Numbered from the stretch's first letter, positions 27,606 to 36,839 are shown. The stretch: DNA of 64,000 bases from Promethearchaeota archaeon (GCA_019894715.1 JAGXOA010000204.1:51179-115178); one strand, 5' to 3'. Made by a program: numbers and translations. The notes: generated from the letters alone by a model not told the origin.

Positions 27606-29480
27606 TTATTCAAAAAAGTTTTCAATGTATTCTCGATAATTGTTTTCTATAGAATAAAGATCATAAATATCATAATCAATTTCCTTTTGGATTTTCTCTT
27701 TTTCTTCCTTTCCATTATTGTCATTCATCTTTAGTATTTTTATAACATTATTTTTTATTTTTAGTGCTTTTACTCTTTCATTTTGATCCTCAGGAATCTT
27801 AATTGGTAAATATCTGATTTTTTCAATTAATATGCGAGGAAATAGTTTTTTATAAGAGCCAAACGATTTAAGAAAATAAAATGATAACAAATGTGAATTA
27901 ATTAGACCAAGGAGATAATGATTATTGAATTCAATAATGCTTGAATCCTTTATCTTTAGATTATAGAAACTTTGCGAGCATAAAAAAAGATTTTCAACAT
28001 AAGTGGCACATATTAAATTACTTTGGCTAATCTGTCTAATTATAATCCTGTTAATATAATTATCAATATTTTTGTATTGGATTCCATCTTTTTTTCTATT
28101 TATATATTTATATTTGGTTATTGAATACCTATTTATTGAATATATAAATGGCATATAATCTTTTAATTCTTCTTTAGATGGATGATCTTGAATAATTTTC
28201 TCTATTTGAGCTAATTTGATACTTGCACCGCAAGTATTACATTTTCTTTTTTTTTTTGGAAGAGGATAATACTTATTACATTCAATGCAATTAAAGACCA
28301 GTCCTTCCTTAGAAAGTTCTACTCCTCTATTTAGTTTAACAACAAACCTATTATCTCCAAAGAGATGTTTTATTTTAGGAAAATTATGATTTAAATATTT
28401 TAAGATGGTAATGTCATAATTATCTAAATGAATTAAAAATTTATTATCCCATTCATCTAGTTGTGCTTGGAAAACCTTTTTAACCTTTTTAGTCTTGAAT
28501 GTACCTATCTTTATCTTTATTTCATTGTTTTCTCTTAGTTTTTTATCTTTTTCTTTTTGAAGAATGATAATTATATTTGATACCACAGAGTTTTTAAACG
28601 AAGGACCTAAATAAAATAGTTCTTTGATGCATGTTTTCCTTTTTATAAATTCTCTTATAATTTTTCTATTTGAAAGCGCCAATAAAGAATCAGGAACAAT
28701 ATATCCCAATTCTCCTTTTTCTTTTAGGATTTTAATACCTATTTCAATAAAAATTTGATAATAATCATATTGACCTATATTTGTTTCAAAATCCTGATTT
28801 TCAATGAATAGTCTCTGATTTTCAGGAATATCGCGAATGAATAAATATGGAGGATTTCCTACAACATAATCATATTTATTCATATGTAAAAATTCAAGAG
28901 AGCTCTTATTTTCAATATTAAAAAGAGGCAATGAATAATTACCCTCTTTTACAATAATTCTATTATAAAATTTGAATAAAACCAAATATATAGTAATTTG
29001 ACATAATATACACGCAATAGGATTAATATCTATTCCATAAATACTATTTTTTATTTTTATTATAATATTTTTTAATAATTCTGTATCTAAATCATTCATA
29101 TCAAGAACGTTGTATTTTAAACAATATTTTTCAATAAGTCTATGCAGTGCTTCTACTAAAAAATTTCCAGCCCCACAACTTATATCTATAATTTTTTTAT
29201 TTTCAATATCATTTTCAATTGTATATCCAATAGAGGACATGATATAATCTACAATGCTTTTTTGAGTATATACTTCCCCATATTGCTTTCTCTCATAATA
29301 TGGGATTATTTTCTCATAAATTGATCCCAGAATGTAAAATTTAGTATTTATATCGTCAATTAAAGTTTTTTTATATTCATTTATTAAAATATCAACAGTA
29401 TTCTTTATTCTTTGTTTAATATCTTCTTCATTTAAATCTTTAGTATAATGATCAGTAATGTCTAATGTTATCTTGTCCAT
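27606..29480 (-). CDS. N6-adenine DNA methyltransferase, gamma class (Eco57I/TaqI-like) with internal zinc ribbon
   Basis: 624 aa. Motif I IDISCGAGNFLVEA, then motif IV VVGNPPYLF. CIECNKYYPLPKKKRKCNTCG is inserted in the C-terminal half. No nuclease motif seen. Confidence 0.8.
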   Translation of the reverse strand: MDKITLDITDHYTKDLNEEDIKQRIKNTVDILINEYKKTLIDDINTKFYILGSIYEKIIPYYERKQYGEVYTQKSIVDYIMSSIGYTIENDIENKKIIDISCGAGNFLVEALHRLIEKYCLKYNVLDMNDLDTELLKNIIIKIKNSIYGIDINPIACILCQITIYLVLFKFYNRIIVKEGNYSLPLFNIENKSSLEFLHMNKYDYVVGNPPYLFIRDIPENQRLFIENQDFETNIGQYDYYQIFIEIGIKILKEKGELGYIVPDSLLALSNRKIIREFIKRKTCIKELFYLGPSFKNSVVSNIIIILQKEKDKKLRENNEIKIKIGTFKTKKVKKVFQAQLDEWDNKFLIHLDNYDITILKYLNHNFPKIKHLFGDNRFVVKLNRGVELSKEGLVFNCIECNKYYPLPKKKRKCNTCGASIKLAQIEKIIQDHPSKEELKDYMPFIYSINRYSITKYKYINRKKDGIQYKNIDNYINRIIIRQISQSNLICATYVENLFLCSQSFYNLKIKDSSIIEFNNHYLLGLINSHLLSFYFLKSFGSYKKLFPRILIEKIRYLPIKIPEDQNERVKALKIKNNVIKILKMNDNNGKEEKEKIQKEIDYDIYDLYSIENNYREYIENFFE

Positions 29481-29707
29481 GAATTTAATATATTTAATAA
29501 TTATACCTCTGATTTGATTAATATTATTCTAAAAGTTATTGATCTAAAAGAATTGATGATTAAATTATAAAATGTGATAATATAACTATGAAAATTTCAT
29601 ATATAAATTATAAATTTGGATTTTTATTAAAAAATAATATTTTTATAACATAAAGATATATAGAATTTGAATAAGAGATGCAATAATTATCAGAATGAAA
29701 ATAATTT

Positions 29708-30817
29708 ATGATTGAAGCTATAATCTTAATATCAATCTCAATAGTCTTATCAATAGTTGGAATATTTAATTTGTATTATAATCAAGAAAAATATGTAATG
29801 GAAGGTTTAGACTTTACATTATTATTTCTATATTTTATTGATGAAATTGTTTATTTTCTCTTCTTTAATTTGTCTTTTGAGACTGTTATTAGTATTAACA
29901 TGGCAATTTTCTTTTATAAAATTTCTATCCTTATAAGAATTCTTAAACTAATATTATTAGGCTCAATTCATAGTTACATATTATTCCAAACCAAAATAAG
30001 ATACTTACCTGCGTTTATTTATTGCTTTTTAGGTGGGATAATTGGAGTGCAATTATTTATTTTAGATGCTTTTGATGTTTCTATTATAGAAAATCATTAT
30101 TTTTTCATTTTAAAAGATCAATTATTATATTCACTTTTACTTATCTTTAATATTTTAATAATTGGATTTATGATATTTACTCAAATCAGATGTAATTCGA
30201 ATATAACTTTTGGAAAAATGAGAAAACTATTTAATATGTGTGTAATCCATTATATATTGAATATAATTGTATATATATTCTACTTTTTTTATCCAAATTA
30301 CAATTTAAGATACCTATACTCAATATTTTTTCTTAGTTTCCTTATTTTTACTAATTATCTCAATATCAAGAATTTTGAATTCTTTATTGTTGTTACAAAT
30401 AAGATATTTGATTTCTCAGTATTCCATAGATCGGGTGTATTATTATATTCCTATAATTTTGAAAAAGGAGAAGAAATTGAAGACTCCATGTTAAAAGGAT
30501 CTATTCTTATAGGGATAAATCATATTCTAGCTAATTTTATAGATAAAAAAGAAAAATTAGACCTTATTAAAATGCAAGATAGAGATATTACTTTTGAATT
30601 TAATTCGGAATTAGGATATGGGATATTATTGATAGCCAGAAATAACAATAAAATAATAATAAAAGCAGTAAAATTATTTATGAATAAATTCACACTTGAA
30701 TTTCGAGATTTATTGACCAGAATAAATAAAGAAAGAAAGATTTTTGATACCTCAGAATTTAGTAATACTAAGAATATAATGGAAGAATATTTTTGGTCTT
30801 TTCTCCAAAAAGAATAA
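29708..30817 (+). CDS. 7-TM membrane module fused to a C-terminal longin-like domain (paralog A)
   Basis: 369 aa. Seven hydrophobic helices span the first ~225 aa. The soluble tail IFDFSVFHRSGVLLYSYNF...SILIGINHILANF...LDLIKMQDRDITFEF..GYGILLIARNN..IIIKAVKLFMNKFTLEF...NIMEEYF has a beta-beta-alpha-beta-beta-beta-alpha-alpha pattern like AP-sigma/SRX/longin domains. Confidence 0.6.
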   Translation: MIEAIILISISIVLSIVGIFNLYYNQEKYVMEGLDFTLLFLYFIDEIVYFLFFNLSFETVISINMAIFFYKISILIRILKLILLGSIHSYILFQTKIRYLPAFIYCFLGGIIGVQLFILDAFDVSIIENHYFFILKDQLLYSLLLIFNILIIGFMIFTQIRCNSNITFGKMRKLFNMCVIHYILNIIVYIFYFFYPNYNLRYLYSIFFLSFLIFTNYLNIKNFEFFIVVTNKIFDFSVFHRSGVLLYSYNFEKGEEIEDSMLKGSILIGINHILANFIDKKEKLDLIKMQDRDITFEFNSELGYGILLIARNNNKIIIKAVKLFMNKFTLEFRDLLTRINKERKIFDTSEFSNTKNIMEEYFWSFLQKE

Positions 30818-30894
30818 TGGTTATGTTTTTCTTATTCTTTTTTTCTATAATCAAAAGTTTATTAACTATAAACACTAATTAATAATCTAATATA

Positions 30895-32013
30895 ATGAAC
30901 AATGCATTATTGATATCCTTAAACATTGGAATATTATTATCTATAGGTTTCAGTATTATAGTTATATTTTATTTAATTCTAAATCATATAAAATATGGTA
31001 CAAAATTTATTTCAATATTATTTATCTCAATTATTTTTATTGTTGGTATTCTTTTTCAAATTATTCTATTTTTTTCTTCAGAATTTTTTTTTACAGAACT
31101 AATTAACAGAATATTATTCAAATTTGTAATCGTTATTGAAGCGATATCCCTACTGATTGTATCTATTGCATTTAGTTTACTAAGACAATATGGAAAGATT
31201 CCAATGTATTCATTATTATTATTTATATTTATTTTTAGTTTATTGATTGGTACATTGATATCTGAAAACTCAGTCCTTGTTCAGGTTTTACTTGACTCTT
31301 CAATTAAATATTCTTTTAATAATGCCACTAAGATTATAAGTCTTACATATAGCGCACTTATCATAATATTTATAATTCACAACATAAGAATTATTAAAAC
31401 AATTACTCCCCTTAAAAAATTCATTAATGGGCTTATTATATATTCAATAATACTGTTTTTTTCTATAATTCTTTTTTTAATTTATATTATTACAGAGATT
31501 TTGGAAGTTATATTTGCATTTCTTTTTATTTTATGGTTTTTAATTATTATAACTGGAATAATTATCATTGTTAAACCCAGAATGTTCTTGAGTTTTACAA
31601 ATAAAATTTATTTTATTCATATTTATCACAAGACAGGAATTCTATTGTATTCCTATAAATTTAAGAAATCATTGGAAACAATTGGAGAATCTAAAGTGTG
31701 GGGTAATATTTTAATTGGACTTAATCATATTCTTTCTGAATTCACAAATAAAAAAGATCAAATAGATGTTCTTAAAACAAAAAATGCAGATATTTATGTT
31801 AATTACAATAATAAATATGGTTTTGCTGTTCTGGTATTAACTAATCATAAAAACTCATATATTGAAAATTGTGTGAATATCTTAACCAAAGAGTTTAAAG
31901 AATATTATGAGGATGAATTATTAGATTTACAAGATATCAATAAAATAATTAATGTCTCAGAATTTAAAGAAGCAAAAAAAATAATTGAAAAAAGTTTTAG
32001 TCTTTATTTATAA
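30895..32013 (+). CDS. 7-TM membrane module fused to a C-terminal longin-like domain (paralog B)
   Basis: 372 aa with the same architecture. The tail IYFIHIYHKTGILLYSYKF...WGNILIGLNHILSEF...IDVLKTKNADIYVNYNNKYGFAVLVLTNH...IENCVNILTKEFKEYY aligns by eye with paralog A. Confidence 0.6.
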   Translation: MNNALLISLNIGILLSIGFSIIVIFYLILNHIKYGTKFISILFISIIFIVGILFQIILFFSSEFFFTELINRILFKFVIVIEAISLLIVSIAFSLLRQYGKIPMYSLLLFIFIFSLLIGTLISENSVLVQVLLDSSIKYSFNNATKIISLTYSALIIIFIIHNIRIIKTITPLKKFINGLIIYSIILFFSIILFLIYIITEILEVIFAFLFILWFLIIITGIIIIVKPRMFLSFTNKIYFIHIYHKTGILLYSYKFKKSLETIGESKVWGNILIGLNHILSEFTNKKDQIDVLKTKNADIYVNYNNKYGFAVLVLTNHKNSYIENCVNILTKEFKEYYEDELLDLQDINKIINVSEFKEAKKIIEKSFSLYL

Positions 32014-32021
32014 AGATAAAA

Positions 32022-33620
32022 CTACCAATTTTTTCTATCTTTAAGAAGTTTATATATATATGAATCAACAAGAGCCTCCCAAGATGCTACAATAATATTT
32101 TCATGTGCCCCAATTGTTCCCCAACTTGTTTCTTTATCATGGGTCTCCGCTAAAACCCGTACTTTTGATTCTGTACCTTCTTGATTTATTATTCTAACTT
32201 TAAAATCAGATAAATCTATTTCTCCAATACTAGGATAAAAATACACTAAAGCCTTTTTAAGTGCATTATCGAGAGAATTTACAGGACCATTTCCCATAGC
32301 TGCTGTATGAAAATCCTTACCTCCAACTTTCACTTTTATTGTTGCTTCAGACATAAGATTATCTTTATACATTTCAGTAAATACTCTAAATCCTTCTAAT
32401 TTAAAGAATTTTTTTCGATAATAATTTGGATTCTGTATATTCATATCCATGCTTCTCATTAAAATTTCTAATGTTCCCTCAGCACCTTCAAAAGAATATC
32501 CTTGATTCTCTTTTTCTTTTATAAATTTTAATATTGCTGCTACTTTTGGACTATCTTCTTTAAAATTCAGTTCAAATTTTTTTGCCATATGCATTATTGA
32601 ACTTTTACCAGCTAATTCAGATACTTTTATATTACGTGAATTACCTACAGATTCGGGATTAATATGTTCATAAGTTTTTAAATTTTTAAGCATAGCAGAA
32701 ATATGAATCCCTCCTTTATGGGAAAATGCATTTTTTCCTACAAAGGGTTGTTCAAGTTTACTTGGCAAATTAGCCATTTCATAAATAAAATGAGATGTTT
32801 CTGTAAGATTTTTTAAGTTATCTTGCTTTATACAATCAATACCCAATTTTAGGTTAAATATTGGAATAATTGTTGTTAAATCTGTATTTCCACATCTTTC
32901 TCCAAAACCATTCATTGTTCCTTGGATCATTTTAGCTCCTTTATTCCAAGCCTCAAGAGCTATGGCATTAGCTAAACCTGAGTCATTATGAGCATGAATT
33001 CCTAATAGAATATCACCAAATTTATGTTTTATCTCAGAAAATATAGGTTCAATTTCATGAGGTAATAATCCTCCATTGGTATCGCATAATACAATCCATG
33101 AAGCTCCTGCTTCTTTTGCAACTGAAATAGTTTCTAAAGCATATTCTTTATTATTATTATATCCATCAAAAAAGTGTTCAGCATCATACAAAACATCAAT
33201 ATTGTTCTTGATTAGATAGGATATTGTATCTTTTATCATATTAAGATTTTCATCTAAAGATGTTTCTAATGCATCAGTAACATGCAAATCCCAACTCTTA
33301 CCAAATATTGTCGCCTGTTCTGTCTTTGTTTCTAAAATAGCTTTTATACTTTTATCCTTCTCAATTTTTATATTTTTTCTCCTTGTACTACTAAACGGGT
33401 AAATTTTAGTATTTGATAAGTCTAATTCTTTTATTTTTTTAAATAATTCAATATCTTTTGGATTTGAACCAGGCCAACCCACTTCAATCATTGGAATTTC
33501 GAGATCTTCTACTATTTTTTCAATAATTCGAATTTTATCCTCTATTGAAAAAGCAATTCCTGTCTTTTGAGCACCCTCTCTTAGCGTGGCATCATATATG
33601 TAGATTTCTCTTTTTTGCAT
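32022..33620 (-). CDS. cimA: Citramalate synthase (LeuA/CimA family, Geobacter-type)
   Basis: 532 aa. YDATLREGAQKTGIAFSIEDKIRI, EVGWPGSNPKD, HAHNDSGLANAIALEA and a C-terminal LeuA-dimer-like regulatory domain. Confidence 0.75.
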   Translation of the reverse strand: MQKREIYIYDATLREGAQKTGIAFSIEDKIRIIEKIVEDLEIPMIEVGWPGSNPKDIELFKKIKELDLSNTKIYPFSSTRRKNIKIEKDKSIKAILETKTEQATIFGKSWDLHVTDALETSLDENLNMIKDTISYLIKNNIDVLYDAEHFFDGYNNNKEYALETISVAKEAGASWIVLCDTNGGLLPHEIEPIFSEIKHKFGDILLGIHAHNDSGLANAIALEAWNKGAKMIQGTMNGFGERCGNTDLTTIIPIFNLKLGIDCIKQDNLKNLTETSHFIYEMANLPSKLEQPFVGKNAFSHKGGIHISAMLKNLKTYEHINPESVGNSRNIKVSELAGKSSIMHMAKKFELNFKEDSPKVAAILKFIKEKENQGYSFEGAEGTLEILMRSMDMNIQNPNYYRKKFFKLEGFRVFTEMYKDNLMSEATIKVKVGGKDFHTAAMGNGPVNSLDNALKKALVYFYPSIGEIDLSDFKVRIINQEGTESKVRVLAETHDKETSWGTIGAHENIIVASWEALVDSYIYKLLKDRKNW

Positions 33621-33889
33621 AATTTTTAACTCACTTTTTTTGTTTTGTTTCTGTTTCTTAGATTAAGAAATTTTAAACATAGGATATAGTTTACCAGAAA
33701 CTTTTTTTTTAAAATAAGTTTAAAATTTCTCTTATGAATTTGGATAATAATTCCAAATATTAAAATATTAATCTCTGATGGAATTATTATAAACTTCATG
33801 ATTAAGATGAAATTAGAATACATAATTTTTAATTTTTATGACATACAGATAAAATGAATATAAGCTAATTAAATTTTAATTCTTTAATT

Positions 33890-34534
33890 ATGAATAATTC
33901 TAAGAAAATCAATAAAGCTTACAAATATTGGGCGGAAACTTACGATAATGATAAAAATCTAACGAGAGATTTAGATCATAGAATAATAAAGAATCACAAG
34001 GATCTATATTTAAATAAAAAAATATTAGAACCAGGTTGTGGAACTGGCAAAAATACAATACAATTTTCAAATTATGGGGAAAGTGTTATTAGCTTTGATT
34101 CATCAGAAGAAATGCTAAAATTAGCAAGAAAGAAAAATAATAATAAGAACGTTTGTATTTTAAGACACAATATAAAAAAGAAGTGGCCTTTTCAAAATGA
34201 ATACTTTGATGTAGTATCTATTAATTTAGTTTTAGAACATTTAAAAAAAATAAAATTTACTTTTAAGGAATCTCATAGAGTTTTAAAAAGAAATGGATAT
34301 TTTTTTTTATCTGAAATCCATCCGATAAAACATCTAAAAGGAGGACAAGCTAAATTTAAAGATCTTACAACTATGAATATAATAAAAATTAAATCATACT
34401 TTCATTCACAAAGCGAGTATAATGACTTAGCAAATAAAGTAGGATTTAATAATAATCAATTTAAAGAATATTATAGTAAGAAAGATTTAAACAATATTCC
34501 AAGAATAATTTTTGGTATTATGAAAAAATTTTAG
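33890..34534 (+). CDS. Class I SAM-dependent methyltransferase
   Basis: 214 aa. Motif I ILEPGCGTGKNT, and later FDVVSINLVLEHL, typical of Methyltransf_11/25 proteins. Confidence 0.75.
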   Translation: MNNSKKINKAYKYWAETYDNDKNLTRDLDHRIIKNHKDLYLNKKILEPGCGTGKNTIQFSNYGESVISFDSSEEMLKLARKKNNNKNVCILRHNIKKKWPFQNEYFDVVSINLVLEHLKKIKFTFKESHRVLKRNGYFFLSEIHPIKHLKGGQAKFKDLTTMNIIKIKSYFHSQSEYNDLANKVGFNNNQFKEYYSKKDLNNIPRIIFGIMKKF

Positions 34535-34663
34535 AGATAGTAAAATTAAACCAACATCTCACAACTTTAAAAATATGTTTTTTATTTTAATCAATATATC
34601 TTAATAAAAAATTCAAAGATAGTAAGATTTTTTAAGTCGTGTTATCTTGAAAATTATGATTAA

Positions 34664-34915
34664 TTCAATATTAATAAAATTATACACGGGGTTATTATTA
34701 TATCATCACAAATAGAAAAACAAGATATTGAATGGGCTAAGGATTGGAATTCCATAGTTAAAATATTTGATTTAATTGAACATTTAAAAGAGGAATTAAG
34801 AAAATTAGACGTTATTTATCTGAGAAAGGTACAACAGAAAATCTTAATATTAAATTTAGAAAAATATACTTGGTCCCTACAAAATTATATTATAGATAAA
34901 TACACAAAAGAATAA
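34664..34915 (+). CDS. Candidate 83-codon ORF without a canonical start codon
   Basis: Frame open from 34664 to TAA 34913-34915. It reads ...SSQIEKQDIEWAKDWNSIVKIFDLIEHLKEELRKLDVIYLRKVQQKILILNLEKYTWSLQNYIIDKYTKE (helical, protein-like). It contains no in-frame ATG/GTG/TTG, so it is absent from the track. It sits in an otherwise empty 508-bp gap. Confidence 0.25.
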   Translation, partial: FNINKIIHGVIIISSQIEKQDIEWAKDWNSIVKIFDLIEHLKEELRKLDVIYLRKVQQKILILNLEKYTWSLQNYIIDKYTKE

Positions 34916-35042
34916 CAAATCAAATTCAAAAATTTTAGAGATAAATAACTATAGAATAAAAATCATATATAATTCCTGTTAAAAAAGTTAGTATTAGAAA
35001 CATTAAAATAAAGTAAATTTATTCAAATAGAAGATTTTATAA

Positions 35043-35795
35043 TTATTGTTCTGGTTCTTGCTCTTCCTCAACTATTTCAGATTCATTAATAATTTTACTC
35101 TTACCATTTGTCTTTTCTAGTAATTCAGTAAGGATTACATTATTAAATGACATAAGCATTCGTGGAGTGTATCCTTCCGCTAAATAATTACCATCATCCA
35201 CTTCTTCCTTCAAGGGAAACAATTGTTTTTCCATAATACTTGATCCCATATACTCTTTTTTATATTCTCTGTATCCATAGATCTTATTCTTAACAATTAC
35301 CATTTTTCTCTCATATCCTTCTGGTAATCCTGTTTTTTCTAAGATTAGCAAAATTTTCTCTCTCGATAATGAATCAAGTAATTGTAGATCTTTTTCTGTT
35401 CCTTCATAGGAAGGACCTTCTTGAATATGTTCATAGTCTATTTCCTTCTCAAGACCAGTCATAATCTTAAATGCCATAGTCTCATCCCCCTCATCCACGG
35501 CTGTTATTTTATATGCAATAGCATATTGATCCCTAATTTTAGGAGCGATTTTCGCAGCAACAAATTTCATTCTTGTTGTTACATTATTTCCATGCCAGAT
35601 CCATACACGATATCTTTTTGGATCGATAAATAATGTGATAAAATCAGAATCTAATAAATCAAACAATAAAACATCTTTTTCAATTTCTAATTCTTGAAAA
35701 TCTTGTATTTCATCATTAAATTGAAACACGACGATTTTTTCTTCTTCTTTATCAGATATCTGACTTTTTTTAACTGATTGTTTTTGATTTGACAT
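35043..35795 (-). CDS. Two-domain gelsolin/cofilin-like actin-binding protein
   Basis: 250 aa. LLDSDFITLFIDPKRYRVWIWHGNNVTTRMKFVAAKIAPKIRDQY...ITAVDEGDETMAFKIMTG matches the gelsolin-repeat pattern (D.Y.l......iy.W.G..s...e...AA........v..v.EG.E...F). A second, more divergent repeat follows, then an acidic tail. Confidence 0.6.
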   Translation of the reverse strand: MSNQKQSVKKSQISDKEEEKIVVFQFNDEIQDFQELEIEKDVLLFDLLDSDFITLFIDPKRYRVWIWHGNNVTTRMKFVAAKIAPKIRDQYAIAYKITAVDEGDETMAFKIMTGLEKEIDYEHIQEGPSYEGTEKDLQLLDSLSREKILLILEKTGLPEGYERKMVIVKNKIYGYREYKKEYMGSSIMEKQLFPLKEEVDDGNYLAEGYTPRMLMSFNNVILTELLEKTNGKSKIINESEIVEEEQEPEQ

Positions 35796-35892
35796 TGGTT
35801 AATTATTATATATATTTTTGAGATTTTTAATATTAATTATTTAAATATGATTTAATATCTTTTTATTTGCTGATAAAAATACAATTAAATAA

Positions 35893-35978
35893 TGCGGAAA
35901 GGGAGATTTGAACTCCCGAAGCTCCTTTGAGACTGGAGTCTGAGTCCAGCGCCTTTGACCAGACTTGGCGATTCCCGC
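35893..35978 (-). tRNA. tRNA-Leu (anticodon CAG), type II with long variable arm, no intron, no encoded CCA
   Basis: Hand-folded cloverleaf. Acceptor GCGGGAA/TTTCCGC (one G-U). D arm GCC..GGC with a GG loop. Anticodon stem CTGGA/TCCAG with loop CT-CAG-AC. Variable arm of about 14 nt. T arm GGGAG-TTCAAAT-CTCCC. Discriminator A. Confidence 0.85.
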
Positions 35979-36020
35979 AAATAATATTTTCAATAATCTT
36001 CCATAGATCTTTTATATAAT

Positions 36021-36707
36021 TTATTTACTATAGAAGGAATTTGGATTAAAAACTCTTTCAATATCCTCTTCATCAAATTCTCCACTCCAATTTTCTTTTA
36101 ATACAGTAAATTCATCATTTTTATTAGGATTTATTATTGTATGATAAGTACCAAAAGTATGTTCAAAAAAAGTGCCTGATTCTACAAAGTAATGAACTTT
36201 ATTACCATTTATTATTATAGGTTTACCCTCTAATATTTCCCATTGCTCACTTCTTTTTTTATGAGTTTGTATAGAAATTCCTAGATTTGACTTGATATAG
36301 ATTAGATTATAATCAAGATAAGTAAACTTTATGCTGTACCATTTTGATAAAAAATCTATATAACCAGAAGGAATATTATGTTCTTCCATAAATTTTTGAG
36401 GATTAATATCTTCCTTTTTAGAATCTTCATACTTGTAAGGATCATAGACAATTTCATGATTTGAAATATCTAGATTATAATCTATTTCTAAGGGTGAATT
36501 TGATTTATTTATGATCATATAATAATGGTTTGGAGCAATCTCTAATTTTTTTAAGGAAATATTTTCTGTGAGAAATTCTATATTATTTATCAAGTAAATT
36601 TTATTTAGTAATTCTTTATTGATTGATATCTTAAGTATAGTTGGACCATTTTTTCTTAATAAAGTTCCTTTTTCTTGACTAATTTTTTCTATGTGCATAT
36701 ATAACAA
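36021..36707 (-). CDS. Cupin-domain protein (type II phosphomannose-isomerase-like C-terminus)
   Basis: 228 aa. SIQTHKKRSEQWEILEGKPIIINGNKVHYFVESGTFFEHTFGTYHTIINP resembles the cupin_2/MPI motif (H..R.E.W.v..G......g......G......P.g..H...N). Confidence 0.55.
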   Translation of the reverse strand: MLYMHIEKISQEKGTLLRKNGPTILKISINKELLNKIYLINNIEFLTENISLKKLEIAPNHYYMIINKSNSPLEIDYNLDISNHEIVYDPYKYEDSKKEDINPQKFMEEHNIPSGYIDFLSKWYSIKFTYLDYNLIYIKSNLGISIQTHKKRSEQWEILEGKPIIINGNKVHYFVESGTFFEHTFGTYHTIINPNKNDEFTVLKENWSGEFDEEDIERVFNPNSFYSK

Positions 36708-36839
36708 CTCAATAATTTCATTTTCATAAAATCTTTTTAATTGTTTGAAATGAACAATTTAATATAAATTAAATTTTTACTGAAAAAGAATCTTAGTATT
36801 GATAAATATTGAATTTTAAAGGATAATGATAATGTAATT

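Noticed and set aside
22736-29480. SNF2 helicase plus adenine methyltransferase, considered as a DISARM- or BREX-like defence system.
   Set aside because: The defining partners (DrmA/DrmB/DrmC, PglX/PglZ/BrxC) are absent. hisB separates the helicase from the methyltransferase. SWIM-SNF2 pairs occur as independent modules. It is kept only as a low-interest finding.
33626-33823. 65-aa ORF in the divergent cimA/methyltransferase intergenic region, and the similar 67-aa ORF at 40387-40590.
   Set aside because: Their composition is extremely biased (I, K, F, N). They sit in likely promoter regions and show no motif or SD. They are probably chance ORFs.
35893-36020. tRNA-Leu considered as an integration hotspot (att site) for a mobile element.
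   Set aside because: There is no integrase nearby. I saw no duplicated tRNA 3' segment in the flanks. The neighbouring genes (gelsolin-like, cupin) look chromosomal.
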